Below are positions 10,081 through 19,560 of a DNA stretch of 59,691 nucleotides, in pieces. The translations under genes and the position numbers were made by a program. The DNA is from an uncultured Bacilli bacterium (GTDB lineage: Bacteria; Bacillota_I; Bacilli_A; RF39; UBA660), in the NCBI GenBank assembly GCA_934101625.1, contig CAKORV010000003.1, forward strand, positions 1 to 59,691, in the 5' to 3' direction. Below the pieces are notes generated by a model. That model did not search any database and had not been told where the DNA came from. It saw only the letters and a program-made list of their open reading frames with translations. The stretch's first letter is position 1, and every line of letters starts with the position of its first letter.

Positions 10081-11169
10081 ATGAGTAAATTTGTTAAAGT
10101 AATGTTTGGAACTACAAGTGGTGCTAAAAGTGATTTTAACTATAAATTAAATGAAATAAATATTGCAAATAATTGGAATCCTAAAGCAACTAATGGTAAA
10201 GATTTTGGAGGATTTAATTATTGTAGTGAAGAATGTATATTAAGATGGTTACATAGGGGAGATACAATTTATGATATTGAAATTCCTAATGATGCAGAAA
10301 ATATTAGATTAGATGGGGCTACTACAATATTTAGAACTAATAAAATAATTATAAGCAATCCAAGAAAAGTTAATGATGAATTGGCACTTCATTTTTACAA
10401 GATATCAAAAATACCTGAAAAATCATATTATAAAGCATTAGGAGTTGTAAGCATTATGAATTATAAACAAACTGCCTATGCAATAATTAAAGATAAAATT
10501 AATAAGGATAACATTGATGAAGTATTAGAAGAATGGAATGATTTTATTTCTCATGGCGTTAAAAATGATAGAAAAAATCTAAATGGACTAGTAAAAGAAG
10601 TTAATGATTACTTATATGAGATAAAGTCTGACTTGTTAGTTAGCAGATTTATAGATAAAGAACCATTTATCAAACAATTAACATCAGATAAAGTAATTAA
10701 TATTACAGGTGAATCTGGAAGTGGCAAATCGTACTTTAGTAATAAATACAAAAATGATAAAAATTATATTGTAATAGATACAGATGTAGTATTTAGTGAC
10801 AAAACATCAGATAATAATGAAAACATTGAATTGAGAACTTTATTTAATGATAAACCTAAAGATTATTTATTTTCTAACTTCGAAGATTTTTATAATATAA
10901 CATTAACCTATTTTAAAAATAGAGAAAAAATAATAGTAATTGATTCAGCACAATATAGAAATATTAAGAATTATACTATATTAAAAGGAAAAATAATTGT
11001 AATGAGAACATCTGTTAATACATGTTACGAAAGAGTCTTAAATAGATGGAAAAATATAAAGAAAGAATATACAAAAGAAGAATTTCAAAAATATAAGGAA
11101 AGAAAAAAGGATATGTTTAAATGGTATCACTCATTAAATACTTTTTTAGAAAATATAGATAAGATGTGA
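10081..11169 (+). CDS. P-loop NTPase / nucleotide-kinase-like protein with an uncharacterised N-terminal domain
   Basis: RBS AGGTGGTG upstream. Walker A VINITGESGSGKS, then YIVIDTDVVF, then Walker-B-like IIVIDSAQ, and a basic lid-like CYERVLNRWKN. The N-terminal ~190 aa has no recognisable catalytic motif. Confidence 0.6.
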   Translation: MSKFVKVMFGTTSGAKSDFNYKLNEINIANNWNPKATNGKDFGGFNYCSEECILRWLHRGDTIYDIEIPNDAENIRLDGATTIFRTNKIIISNPRKVNDELALHFYKISKIPEKSYYKALGVVSIMNYKQTAYAIIKDKINKDNIDEVLEEWNDFISHGVKNDRKNLNGLVKEVNDYLYEIKSDLLVSRFIDKEPFIKQLTSDKVINITGESGSGKSYFSNKYKNDKNYIVIDTDVVFSDKTSDNNENIELRTLFNDKPKDYLFSNFEDFYNITLTYFKNREKIIVIDSAQYRNIKNYTILKGKIIVMRTSVNTCYERVLNRWKNIKKEYTKEEFQKYKERKKDMFKWYHSLNTFLENIDKM

Positions 11170-11178
11170 GGTGCAATA

Positions 11179-12008
11179 TGAATATTGAAAAAATATATGA
11201 TAATTTATCTGCAAGAAGTGTTATTAATTCAGGAAATTCGGTTAAAATTAAAACAGGAATGTTTACCGAATCAGATCTAATTAATGTTTTTAGTGGTGTT
11301 AATGAATTATATTTGAGGATAGATAAAGATGGATTAACAGAGTTTATGAATACATTATTACCTAAAATATTTCAATTACCACCAAAAGATGAATTTAATC
11401 ATATGATGGATATATTCAATCTGCTTCAATCAGAAATTAACCAATATTATGGGACAACAGAACAGGAAAATAGACTTACATTTTATATTAATAATGGAAT
11501 TAAAACTAATGATGAAGATGTAAGAATTTGTTCAATGTCTCAAATAAAAGGAAAAGGTATTGCAAAATGTGCTGAAAAGGCATCTTTAGCCAATAATGTT
11601 CTACTAATACTAAATAGTATGGGTTTATTTGATTACCAAGTAAACTATCTAAATGCATTAACCACAATGAGTAATGGCTTACCAGAGGGACACGCATTTT
11701 TAGAATTTAGTAGAATAAATGCTAAAGGAAAAATTACTCATATAGTTTATGATGTTACAAACCCTGAAATAGTCTTATTAAATGGCAAAGAATATTTCTA
11801 TCCAGCAATTTATTCATTAACTGATGAAGAGTATCAATCATTTTTGAATGGTATTCCATTTGATAATAATAAGTTCATAATGGCTAATTATTTACAGACA
11901 AAAGAAACAAGAATGTATCAAAGCTTTTCTAAATCTAATGATTATGATGATAGTTTAAAATCATTTAGGGAAGAGTATAAAAATGATGGAAGAACAAACA
12001 AATTATAA
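11179..12008 (+). CDS. transglutaminase-fold (papain-like) Cys-His-Asp protein
   Basis: Start moved to the ATG at 11179 (GAGGTG + 5 nt), 9 nt after the upstream stop. The ORF-track GTG at 11166 would overlap by 4 nt. Motifs are collinear with the transglutaminase core: GIAKCAEKASLANNVLLILNSMG (Cys), EGHAFLEF (His), IVYDVTNP (Asp). Confidence 0.55.
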
Positions 12009-12537
12009 TTTTCGATTTTTCAATCATAAGACTTTACCAACAAATGAACATAATAGAATACATAGATAAATTATAATTATAGGAGATTTTAGACCTAAAG
12101 GCAACTTAAGAAATAATATACAAACATTAGTTGAAAAGAACTAAACTTTTCAATGTTTTTTTTAAATATACCAATTATTGAATTTGAAATGGATAATTGA
12201 ATGATAGTATTTGCCAAGCATTATATGATTTGTCTCTCTAATACTAATTTTTGATATAATCCCAACAAAAACCTACACGCTCCACGTCATGAGTAATGAA
12301 AACTTTTAGTGTTAATTGTTAAATCAATTTTTACCATAATAGTTACGAAAATAAAAATTTTTATTTTAATAAATTTTATATCAGTAAAAAAGCTAAATAC
12401 TTTCTCTTTTGCAAGATATCTTACTGAGCACATAATATTATAAAATAATTAAATGTAAATAAGTACAAAATTTATAAATTAATAAAATATATTAAAAATA
12501 ATTAGATTTATGATAAAATATAATTGGAGATGATAAA

Positions 12538-13539
12538 ATGGAATTTATAAGTAATAATAAAATAACAAAAACCGAATTTGGGTTCCAATTTGAACATAGT
12601 CTTGATGATAAAAAATATATAATACAAATTGTCTATCCAAAAAATACAGATAGTTATAATATACCATATATTTTAGTTATGCCCAAACAAATTAAAGAAG
12701 GCTGTATGTTAGCGGTAGAAGTAAATAATTTTGAAAACGAAGAAGAAAATATTTTAATAAGCAATGCATTAGTTACTGCACATAATTTAACTAAAAAATT
12801 AAAAGATAATGATAATCCCGTTTTAATTCCAATAATTCCAAGTGTCAAGGGTGGAATACCATATTATCAACAATTATCAAAAGAATGCTTTGACCTTTCA
12901 GCTGATAATCCACTTTATCGAATTGATTTGCAGGTTTTAAATATAATAAATCAAGCAAAAGAAAGAATTGCTAAACATGCAAATATTAGTGAAAAAGTAT
13001 TTTTAAACGGTTATTCAGCTTCCGGTGTTTTTGCTCAACGCTTTGCATTATTACACCCAGAAATTATAGATACATTATGTGTTGGTGGAGCTAGTGGTAG
13101 TATCCCAATGCCAACTGCTGAACTTCAATATCCACTTGGAATAGCAGATTATTATAATATAACTGGTAAAAATTTTGATTATGAAGCTTACAGTCAAATT
13201 AAATTCAGATATTATGTTGGTTCATTAGAAGATACAAGAAAATCTTCAAATAGATATGATGAAAATGGAAATTTTGCTCCTATGCATGATATGAGTTATT
13301 TTGATAGAAGTGTATCCCCTGTTGTAGGAGCTCAACAAAGAAAAATATTTGGAACAAACATTATTGAAAGATCTACAAAACAAATACAATTAATGAAAGC
13401 AATGGGATTAGATATTGATCAAGTTATATTTGAAAATAGAACTCATAATAATTGTAATGGTATTGGAGTTAACGAATTAGGCGATGAGTTTGTAAAATTT
13501 ACATATCAGCAATCAAAATCTTCGGAAAAAAAATTATAA
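12538..13539 (+). CDS. alpha/beta hydrolase (esterase/depolymerase-like)
   Basis: Nucleophile elbow LNGYSASGVFAQRFALLHPE (GxSxG) and a late His in ENRTHNNC. RBS GGAGATG upstream. Confidence 0.6.
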   Translation: MEFISNNKITKTEFGFQFEHSLDDKKYIIQIVYPKNTDSYNIPYILVMPKQIKEGCMLAVEVNNFENEEENILISNALVTAHNLTKKLKDNDNPVLIPIIPSVKGGIPYYQQLSKECFDLSADNPLYRIDLQVLNIINQAKERIAKHANISEKVFLNGYSASGVFAQRFALLHPEIIDTLCVGGASGSIPMPTAELQYPLGIADYYNITGKNFDYEAYSQIKFRYYVGSLEDTRKSSNRYDENGNFAPMHDMSYFDRSVSPVVGAQQRKIFGTNIIERSTKQIQLMKAMGLDIDQVIFENRTHNNCNGIGVNELGDEFVKFTYQQSKSSEKKL

Positions 13540-13557
13540 TAAAAAAGAAAAGAAAGT

Positions 13558-13669
13558 AAAAAATATTATTTATATTACTTATTCTATCCTTTGTATTTAT
13601 AACTATTATGACTTTACCATATGAAACATATTTAACTAAATTAAAAATAAAATATGCTTACTTAATATT
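13558..13669. repeat. 112-bp direct repeat, right copy
   Basis: Identical by eye to 9568-9679. Confidence 0.85.
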
Positions 13670-13757
13670 ACCTATTAGTTTAGCATACTTATCAATAACA
13701 ATCATTATACCATTAGTTGGAAAATTAAAAAAATCCCACACAAATGGGAATAATTAA
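13560..13757 (+). pseudogene. orphan 3' fragment of a gerAB-type permease gene
   Basis: TAA at 13557-13559 lies immediately upstream. The frame reads KILFILLILSFVFITIMTLPYETYLTKLKIKYAYLILPISLAYLSITIIIPLVGKLKKSHTNGNN*. The first 36 codons are identical to the end of the intact gene and the tail is diverged. Confidence 0.8.
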
Positions 13758-13762
13758 CTAAT

Positions 13763-13836
13763 TGGTTACCCTGATAGGATTCGAACCTATGGTGGTGGAG
13801 TCAGAATCCACTGCCTTACCACTTGGCTACAGGGTA
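13763..13836 (-). tRNA. tRNA-Gln (anticodon CTG)
   Basis: Minus-strand cloverleaf: TACCCTG TA GCC-AAGTGGTAA-GGC A GTGGA TTCTGAC TCCAC CACC ATAGG TTCGAAT CCTAT CAGGGTA A CCA. An extended -10 (TGATATAAT) lies upstream. Confidence 0.85.
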
Positions 13837-13876
13837 ATCACAAAATAATTATATCACTACATAGAAAAAATAGAAA

Positions 13877-14665
13877 CTAATATCTAGTATTAATTTCTAT
13901 ATTTCCAACTCCACCATCTATTTCTATATCTATTTTACCATTTCCAATGGTAGAATCTTTTTTTATTTCATCATTATTAAGAGTAACTTTACCTATACCC
14001 TTACTAATATCAAATGTAAAATTTTCAACATTATCTTTTAAATTTAAAGAAACATTACCTACACCAGTATCTATATCTGCTCCACCGTAAATATTACCAG
14101 TAATAACAGAATTTCCTGTACCTAAATCCAAATCAAATTTATTAACATGTACATCATTTAAATATATATCGCCTACTCCTCCATCAATAATGGCTTTGCT
14201 ACTAACTAATAAAGAGTTAATTTTTAAATTACCAGCGCCCATATCTACATCTAGAAGATTAGTAATTAACTTATCAATATTAACACTTCCAGCACCAGTA
14301 TCTATTTTAACATAATCGAATTCAAAATTTTCAGGAACAGTTACATTAAGTACTGCTTTATTTTTAGTCAACAATAGACCGCTTTTTTCCTTAACAATTA
14401 GCTTATTACCATCTTGTTTAATATTGATATTTTTATTATCTGACTCTGCTTTTAACAAATCCCCAGTTTTAATATAGACTTCTACTCTAGACAAATCTAA
14501 TTCTAAATAATTATCATATTCAACATTATCAAATTTAACATCATTATCTACATATATTCCACATACCTCTTTAACAACTTCAATCACTAAGGAAAATATA
14601 CTAATTATAATAAATATTGCTAAGGCATAAGCAAAATACTTAATTACTTTTTGTGCTTGTGTCAT
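13877..14665 (-). CDS. DUF4097-family beta-repeat protein (LiaG/YvlB-like)
   Basis: N-terminal TM helix, then repeated strand-turn units: GAGSVNI, GAGNLKI, GVGDIYL, GTGNSVI, GVGNVSL, GIGKVTL, GVGNIEI. ATGA overlap with the upstream gene. Confidence 0.7.
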   Translation of the reverse strand: MTQAQKVIKYFAYALAIFIIISIFSLVIEVVKEVCGIYVDNDVKFDNVEYDNYLELDLSRVEVYIKTGDLLKAESDNKNINIKQDGNKLIVKEKSGLLLTKNKAVLNVTVPENFEFDYVKIDTGAGSVNIDKLITNLLDVDMGAGNLKINSLLVSSKAIIDGGVGDIYLNDVHVNKFDLDLGTGNSVITGNIYGGADIDTGVGNVSLNLKDNVENFTFDISKGIGKVTLNNDEIKKDSTIGNGKIDIEIDGGVGNIEINTRY

Positions 14666-15348
14666 TTAATTTCAACTCCTCCAAATAAACAAGTAGAATT
14701 TACATAGATAGTTTTACCTTTTTTATCATTCTTATTTTTATTATAATTACCAGAAACTCCACCAAATATAGAATTACTAACTACCTTTACATTAACATCT
14801 TTTGGAACATATAAAGTAATACCACCAAATATAGAAGAAGCATTAATAACTACATCATCTTTTAACTTAGCATTTTTTATATCACATTTAATGCCACCAA
14901 ATATAGCATTAAGTTCACATCCCTTAAATTCTTCATCATCAAAATTTAAATCTTGCTCTGAAAAAGTAGCAGTATACTCATCTTTACTATTTTTATTTAA
15001 CTTTTTAATTTCATCTTTTACCTTATCACTAACTTTATCCTTAAATATAAGAGATAACCCTATAATAATTAATACTAAAGGTAATAATATTTTCCATAAC
15101 AAATCAAAATTAATAACATCTCTCACAGCGAGCAATAAAAGTATACCAAACACTGTTCCAATAATGCTCGCAGTCTTATCATTATCTTTAAAAATATTAA
15201 CAAAACATGGTACTATAATAAATAAAGTCCACCATCCTTTAAAAAATACATTAATTTCTATAATTCCCAATGCATTAACCAATACCAAAATTCCTACTAT
15301 AATAAAACCTAATCCCCATAAAACATTTTCTTTCTTCATATAAACCAT
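14662..15348 (-). CDS. LiaF-like cell-wall-active-antibiotic response membrane protein
   Basis: Four N-terminal TM helices and a C-terminal domain with four FGG repeats (IFGGIKCDI, IFGGITLYV, IFGGVSG, LFGGVEIK), as in the LiaF C-terminal domain. Confidence 0.65.
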   Translation of the reverse strand: MVYMKKENVLWGLGFIIVGILVLVNALGIIEINVFFKGWWTLFIIVPCFVNIFKDNDKTASIIGTVFGILLLLAVRDVINFDLLWKILLPLVLIIIGLSLIFKDKVSDKVKDEIKKLNKNSKDEYTATFSEQDLNFDDEEFKGCELNAIFGGIKCDIKNAKLKDDVVINASSIFGGITLYVPKDVNVKVVSNSIFGGVSGNYNKNKNDKKGKTIYVNSTCLFGGVEIK

Positions 15349-15374
15349 CCTTTCTACAAAAATTATACAATAAA

Positions 15375-16064
15375 TTAGATTAGTTCTTCAAGTATACTTG
15401 AAACACTTTCTACACACTTAACATTTATTTTTCTTAAATCTTCAACTGAATCAATCATTTTATACCCATTATAATATTTAATCATATCTATATCACTTTC
15501 TCCATCTCCAGATACAACAACATTTTCTCTAGAAATATTTTCTAATTCAGATATTATCTTAACACTATTAAGTTTATTAGTTTCTTTAGATATTATCTCT
15601 ATACAAACATCAGATATTTTATAAATATTAACACAAGAATATTTGAATTTAATTTTATTATAAATTCTTTCAGTTTCACTTTCATTATATTTAACACATA
15701 TCTTAGTTAAACATTTATTATTAGAATCAACTACTCTATTAGTATTACAAAAATAATTAATAGTACTTTTTTCTAACTCTAAATCTATTATTAACTCATC
15801 AATTATACTTTTATCTATAAAATAAGTTTTAATTAAATTATCATCTTTATCTAAAATAATCGCACCATGATCTAAAGCAAGATAATCATATTTTAAATCA
15901 AATTGTTTCTTAACAACATCAAAACTTTCTGCACCTCGTCCAGTAATAATCGAAAATATATTTCCTTTATCTCTAAATTTACTCACTAACTCCATATTAT
16001 TTTTCAAATCATTTTCATTTATATAAAATGTTTTATCAAAATCTGTAGCATATAATTTTTTCAT
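15375..16064 (-). CDS. HAD-IIB (Cof-type) phosphatase
   Basis: Motif I ATDFDKTF (DxDxT), ITGR, and motif IV SGDGESDIDM. Confidence 0.75.
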   Translation of the reverse strand: MKKLYATDFDKTFYINENDLKNNMELVSKFRDKGNIFSIITGRGAESFDVVKKQFDLKYDYLALDHGAIILDKDDNLIKTYFIDKSIIDELIIDLELEKSTINYFCNTNRVVDSNNKCLTKICVKYNESETERIYNKIKFKYSCVNIYKISDVCIEIISKETNKLNSVKIISELENISRENVVVSGDGESDIDMIKYYNGYKMIDSVEDLRKINVKCVESVSSILEELI

Positions 16065-16188
16065 ATTAACTTAACACCTAATGTAATTATATCAAATATT
16101 TAAAAATATAAAATTATATCAAATCAAAAATTATGCAATTTTACAAAATAATGGTATAATTATAACCAGAATAGATGGAGGTAAAAAA

Positions 16189-18183
16189 ATGAACATTTAT
16201 GATAAACTTATGCTTAACTTTTATCCAGAACTTAAAAATCTGAATATTGACGATGATACATTAAAACAAATTATATCAAACAAGAGCTTTAAACAAGAAT
16301 ATAAATCAAACATATTACCATTTATAAAATATTTAAAGCAATTAGGAATAGACGAAGATACTATAAAACAACATTTAAATGCAGTTTTTAATTTATCTAT
16401 AAATAACAATTCTAATAAATACATATCTTTTATAAAAAAATATCACCTAGAAACAAGAAAAATAGAAAATTTTGGTATAATCAACGATATAAATTTTGAA
16501 ACGTTATATTCTTTAATTGGTTACGATGTTTTTAATAATAATATTCTGGAAATCATAAATAATGGATACAGCAATCATTTAATAGAATTTATAAAAGAAA
16601 ACAATGGCATTAATTTAGAACAAATAAATTCAAAACTATTTGAAGAAAAAGTATGGAATATAATTAAAAATAATCCAATTATTGGTGACACTACTATTTT
16701 AAAATTATTTAAACCAAATTTAAATATTTTAGTAAAGTTAATAGATAAAGGATATTACGAAGGATTAAAATATACTTACGAAAATATACCAGAAAGTCGT
16801 GATTTTTTAAAAGAAAAATTATTTAAACTAAAAGAAGAATCACTATCATTTGATCAATTTTCTATGGATTTTATCAATAATATCGGTGATGAAACACTAA
16901 GTAAATTGTATGCTAAAAGTGTATTTTCTAACAAAAATGTATCTGAAAAAATATTAAAAATTGCCTCTTTAAATAACTACGAGTTAATTCAAGACATAGT
17001 TAATTATGATAAATTTGATTTTGATGATTATTTTGAACATATGTCTGAAAATGATATGTCTAAAAATTTACTAGAAACGAATATAGATGGTAATTATATA
17101 AAAAGTGAAATTTTTCTAAATAAATATTTTGGTATAGAAAGAAATGATGTAAATAACATTAAATTATTTTTAGACGCAATAAATGACGCAATTAAAAAGG
17201 GTAATAATATATCGGATGAATTTAGAGAAAAATATGGAAATATAATTGACTTAATTAATCAAATTATGGTTTCTACAGATGAAGAATTAATAAGAATTAG
17301 TAAAACGATGGACACAAGTAAAAAAGATATATACAAAAAATTAATTACTTCATCTGAAATAGATGGAAACAAAATATTAAAGAAACAATTTGCAGATGAA
17401 ATAAAAATTAAAAATCAAGAAATTCTTAATACTGCTACACATAAAGAAATTATAACTGATGATGGGAAATCAATAAGTGTTTATGAATTAACTGGACAAC
17501 CCTTCGCAATGCTAGTTCACGCTATTGAAGACAACCCAGCAAGTATCAATAATTCATATGTAAAAGAATTAATAAATAATCCTGAAAAATGGGATAAAAT
17601 AGATGGTGGAAATAATCATTTATCAACATCTTTGATTTTTGACAAACATATTAAAACGTATGGTACACCAGATAGAAATGGAACAATTATGTTTGGATTT
17701 AATGATATACCATATGATTCAATAAAATTTACTGAAGTCGGAGATGCTGGACTAAATAGAAATGCAACAGTTGCAGATGATGATGAATATAATATGAGAT
17801 ACGGAATTATTAACCCTAGAGTCAATACAATCACAACAGTTGATGATTTAATGAAAAAAACATTAGAAAACAACGAAGGTAAAACTGACATGAGTAAACA
17901 ATGGACAGAAATTGGATTAACCAGAACTGATCAAAATACGGGACTTAAAATTAAACCTAATTATATAGTGTGTATGGATAGAATAAGTGATGATTCATTA
18001 AGAGCAGCCAAACAATTAAACTTACCAATTTATTTAATAGACAGAAAATATTATGTTGAAGAAATACGTAAATTATATGAAGAAGATATAAATAATATTT
18101 TAGAAGAAATGCGTAAATCATATTATGGAGAAGATAAAAATGATATTCTAGAAGAAATAGAAACAGAACATAAAAAAAGATAA
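16189..18183 (+). CDS. large orphan protein (664 aa), helical N-terminal two-thirds plus a C-terminal ~230-aa domain
   Basis: RBS GGAGG 8 nt upstream and its own terminator. I see no recognisable catalytic motif. The C-terminal motifs YELTGQPFAMLVHAI, RNGTIMFGFN and PNYIVCMD are shared with the 856-aa protein at 51952-54522. Confidence 0.7.
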   Translation: MNIYDKLMLNFYPELKNLNIDDDTLKQIISNKSFKQEYKSNILPFIKYLKQLGIDEDTIKQHLNAVFNLSINNNSNKYISFIKKYHLETRKIENFGIINDINFETLYSLIGYDVFNNNILEIINNGYSNHLIEFIKENNGINLEQINSKLFEEKVWNIIKNNPIIGDTTILKLFKPNLNILVKLIDKGYYEGLKYTYENIPESRDFLKEKLFKLKEESLSFDQFSMDFINNIGDETLSKLYAKSVFSNKNVSEKILKIASLNNYELIQDIVNYDKFDFDDYFEHMSENDMSKNLLETNIDGNYIKSEIFLNKYFGIERNDVNNIKLFLDAINDAIKKGNNISDEFREKYGNIIDLINQIMVSTDEELIRISKTMDTSKKDIYKKLITSSEIDGNKILKKQFADEIKIKNQEILNTATHKEIITDDGKSISVYELTGQPFAMLVHAIEDNPASINNSYVKELINNPEKWDKIDGGNNHLSTSLIFDKHIKTYGTPDRNGTIMFGFNDIPYDSIKFTEVGDAGLNRNATVADDDEYNMRYGIINPRVNTITTVDDLMKKTLENNEGKTDMSKQWTEIGLTRTDQNTGLKIKPNYIVCMDRISDDSLRAAKQLNLPIYLIDRKYYVEEIRKLYEEDINNILEEMRKSYYGEDKNDILEEIETEHKKR

Positions 18184-18202
18184 TCACCGATTATCTTTTT
18201 TA
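18178..18202 (+). terminator. rho-independent terminator
   Basis: agataat / attatct stem, loop caccg, then a T-run. Confidence 0.75.
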
Positions 18203-18234
18203 TTATACAGAGAAAACTACTCACATCAGAGTAG

Positions 18235-19560
18235 TTATTCTTTGGATTTAATTCCTTCTAAAATCTTCTTCCATAAATTACTAGAACTATAATTTAATAT
18301 ACCGACTTTATAAACTCTTAAACCATATTTAATAAGTAAATATAAAGTTAATATTAAAAGTAATATACTAATTAACACATGTACTATTCCTATTTGTCCC
18401 ATCATAAGTAATACTGGACTTAATATGCATGAAATAAATGGTATTACAGAAACAGTTGTTATAAATGTACTCTTTTCATAAGTAGATGCAAGTATTGCTA
18501 GAAAGTAACCAGCCATTATAATCATCATCATAGGTGATTGTAATTGTTGAAAATCTTCTTGATTAGTAGTCATACTAGCAAGTATACCTGCGATTAAAGA
18601 ATATGCTACAAAACTTAATAAAATCATTATAATTGTAACTGGTAAACATTTTAATAAATTATCTAATGTTCCACTTTGAATAAATTGATTAACTACATTT
18701 CCTACTTGACTATCTAAACCACTAATTAAACTACTACCAGTCACTAGTCTTCTAATTAATAAACCTATACCAAAATATAAAACAAACAATAAACTTTGTA
18801 AAATAGCATAAACATTAGCTGTTATAATTTTGGAAATAAAATGAAGTCTTGCCGGAACACTAGTAATAATAATTTCCATACTCTTAGAACTCTTTTCTTC
18901 ATTTATTTCTGCTCCAATCATCTGAGTAACCATAATTATTAGTAAGAAGAAAGGTATTATAAACATAGGAATAATAAAATTACCAATATAACTCATTAAC
19001 TCATTATTTTCATCTAAATTATCACTTAAATAACTTCTATTAATTTCTACAGGTTCATAAATACTAGCAAGTTCTTCTTCAGTTAAACTACTTTCCATCA
19101 ATGCAATATTAGTTTTAACTGAAGATAAAGTAGAATTTAACACTTGTAAAGTAACAGCATCAACATAATTATAAGAAATAACATCTGCAACTACTTTTCC
19201 ATTATTACTATTAATAACTAATATAATATCATTACTCTCATCATTAACCATTTCTTCTTTTAATTCATCCAGTGATTTATCTGCAAGTTTAATTTCACTT
19301 TCAGAACCAAGAGCACTCAAATCAATATTATCATAACCACTCTTAATAGCCTCATAATATTTATTAGTGTTATCTATAACATATATAACAACTGGATCAT
19401 CAAAATTACCACCAAAGAACTTAATAATATTATCTATGTTAATAAGTCCCACTATTACAACTAATAAAATAATATTAACAACTTTAAACCACTTAGTATT
19501 AATCTTTTTATTTAATCCATCTTTAATTAATAATTTTAATTTATTTTTCATAAGATCCAC
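18235..19560 (-). CDS. ABC-2 type transporter permease (YhaP/NatB-like)
   Basis: N-terminal TM helix, a large extracytoplasmic loop, then five C-terminal TM helices. Overlaps the upstream ATPase gene by 20 nt. Confidence 0.7.
   Translation of the reverse strand: MDLMKNKLKLLIKDGLNKKINTKWFKVVNIILLVVIVGLINIDNIIKFFGGNFDDPVVIYVIDNTNKYYEAIKSGYDNIDLSALGSESEIKLADKSLDELKEEMVNDESNDIILVINSNNGKVVADVISYNYVDAVTLQVLNSTLSSVKTNIALMESSLTEEELASIYEPVEINRSYLSDNLDENNELMSYIGNFIIPMFIIPFFLLIIMVTQMIGAEINEEKSSKSMEIIITSVPARLHFISKIITANVYAILQSLLFVLYFGIGLLIRRLVTGSSLISGLDSQVGNVVNQFIQSGTLDNLLKCLPVTIIMILLSFVAYSLIAGILASMTTNQEDFQQLQSPMMMIIMAGYFLAILASTYEKSTFITTVSVIPFISCILSPVLLMMGQIGIVHVLISILLLILTLYLLIKYGLRVYKVGILNYSSSNLWKKILEGIKSKE

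Noticed and set aside
12009-12537. The 530-bp non-coding stretch inside island 1 as a riboswitch, sRNA or hidden gene.
   Set aside because: I found only a hairpin terminator (about 12131-12165) and short startless frames. There is no convincing promoter plus structure or conserved motif. It may be decayed DNA.
9568-13669. The repeats as simple assembly duplication artefacts.
   Set aside because: Beyond the identical block, the two copies diverge into different but homologous tails. In island 2 the copies differ by scattered substitutions and an indel. This is not expected from a collapsed or duplicated assembly. It still needs read-level confirmation.
9568-13757. Classical integrase-mediated genomic island or prophage remnant at tRNA-Gln (and likewise at tRNA-Trp, 51.2-55.3 kb).
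   Set aside because: Neither island contains an integrase, recombinase, transposase, phage structural gene or tRNA-derived att repeat. The repeats derive from protein-coding flanks, not from the tRNA.
15241-15360. Apparent one-base discrepancy between my hand translation and the ORF-track coordinates around 15300.
   Set aside because: This is most likely my miscounting of an A-run while reading. The ORF-track coordinates were kept, and it has no biological meaning. Hand-derived coordinates elsewhere were calibrated against nearby ORF-track stops.
16085-16124. 13-bp direct repeat aattatatcaaat (16085-16097 and 16112-16124) upstream of the 664-aa gene as a regulator site.
   Set aside because: It is almost pure A/T in a very AT-rich intergenic region, so chance recurrence is plausible. 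There is no associated palindrome or conserved spacing evidence.
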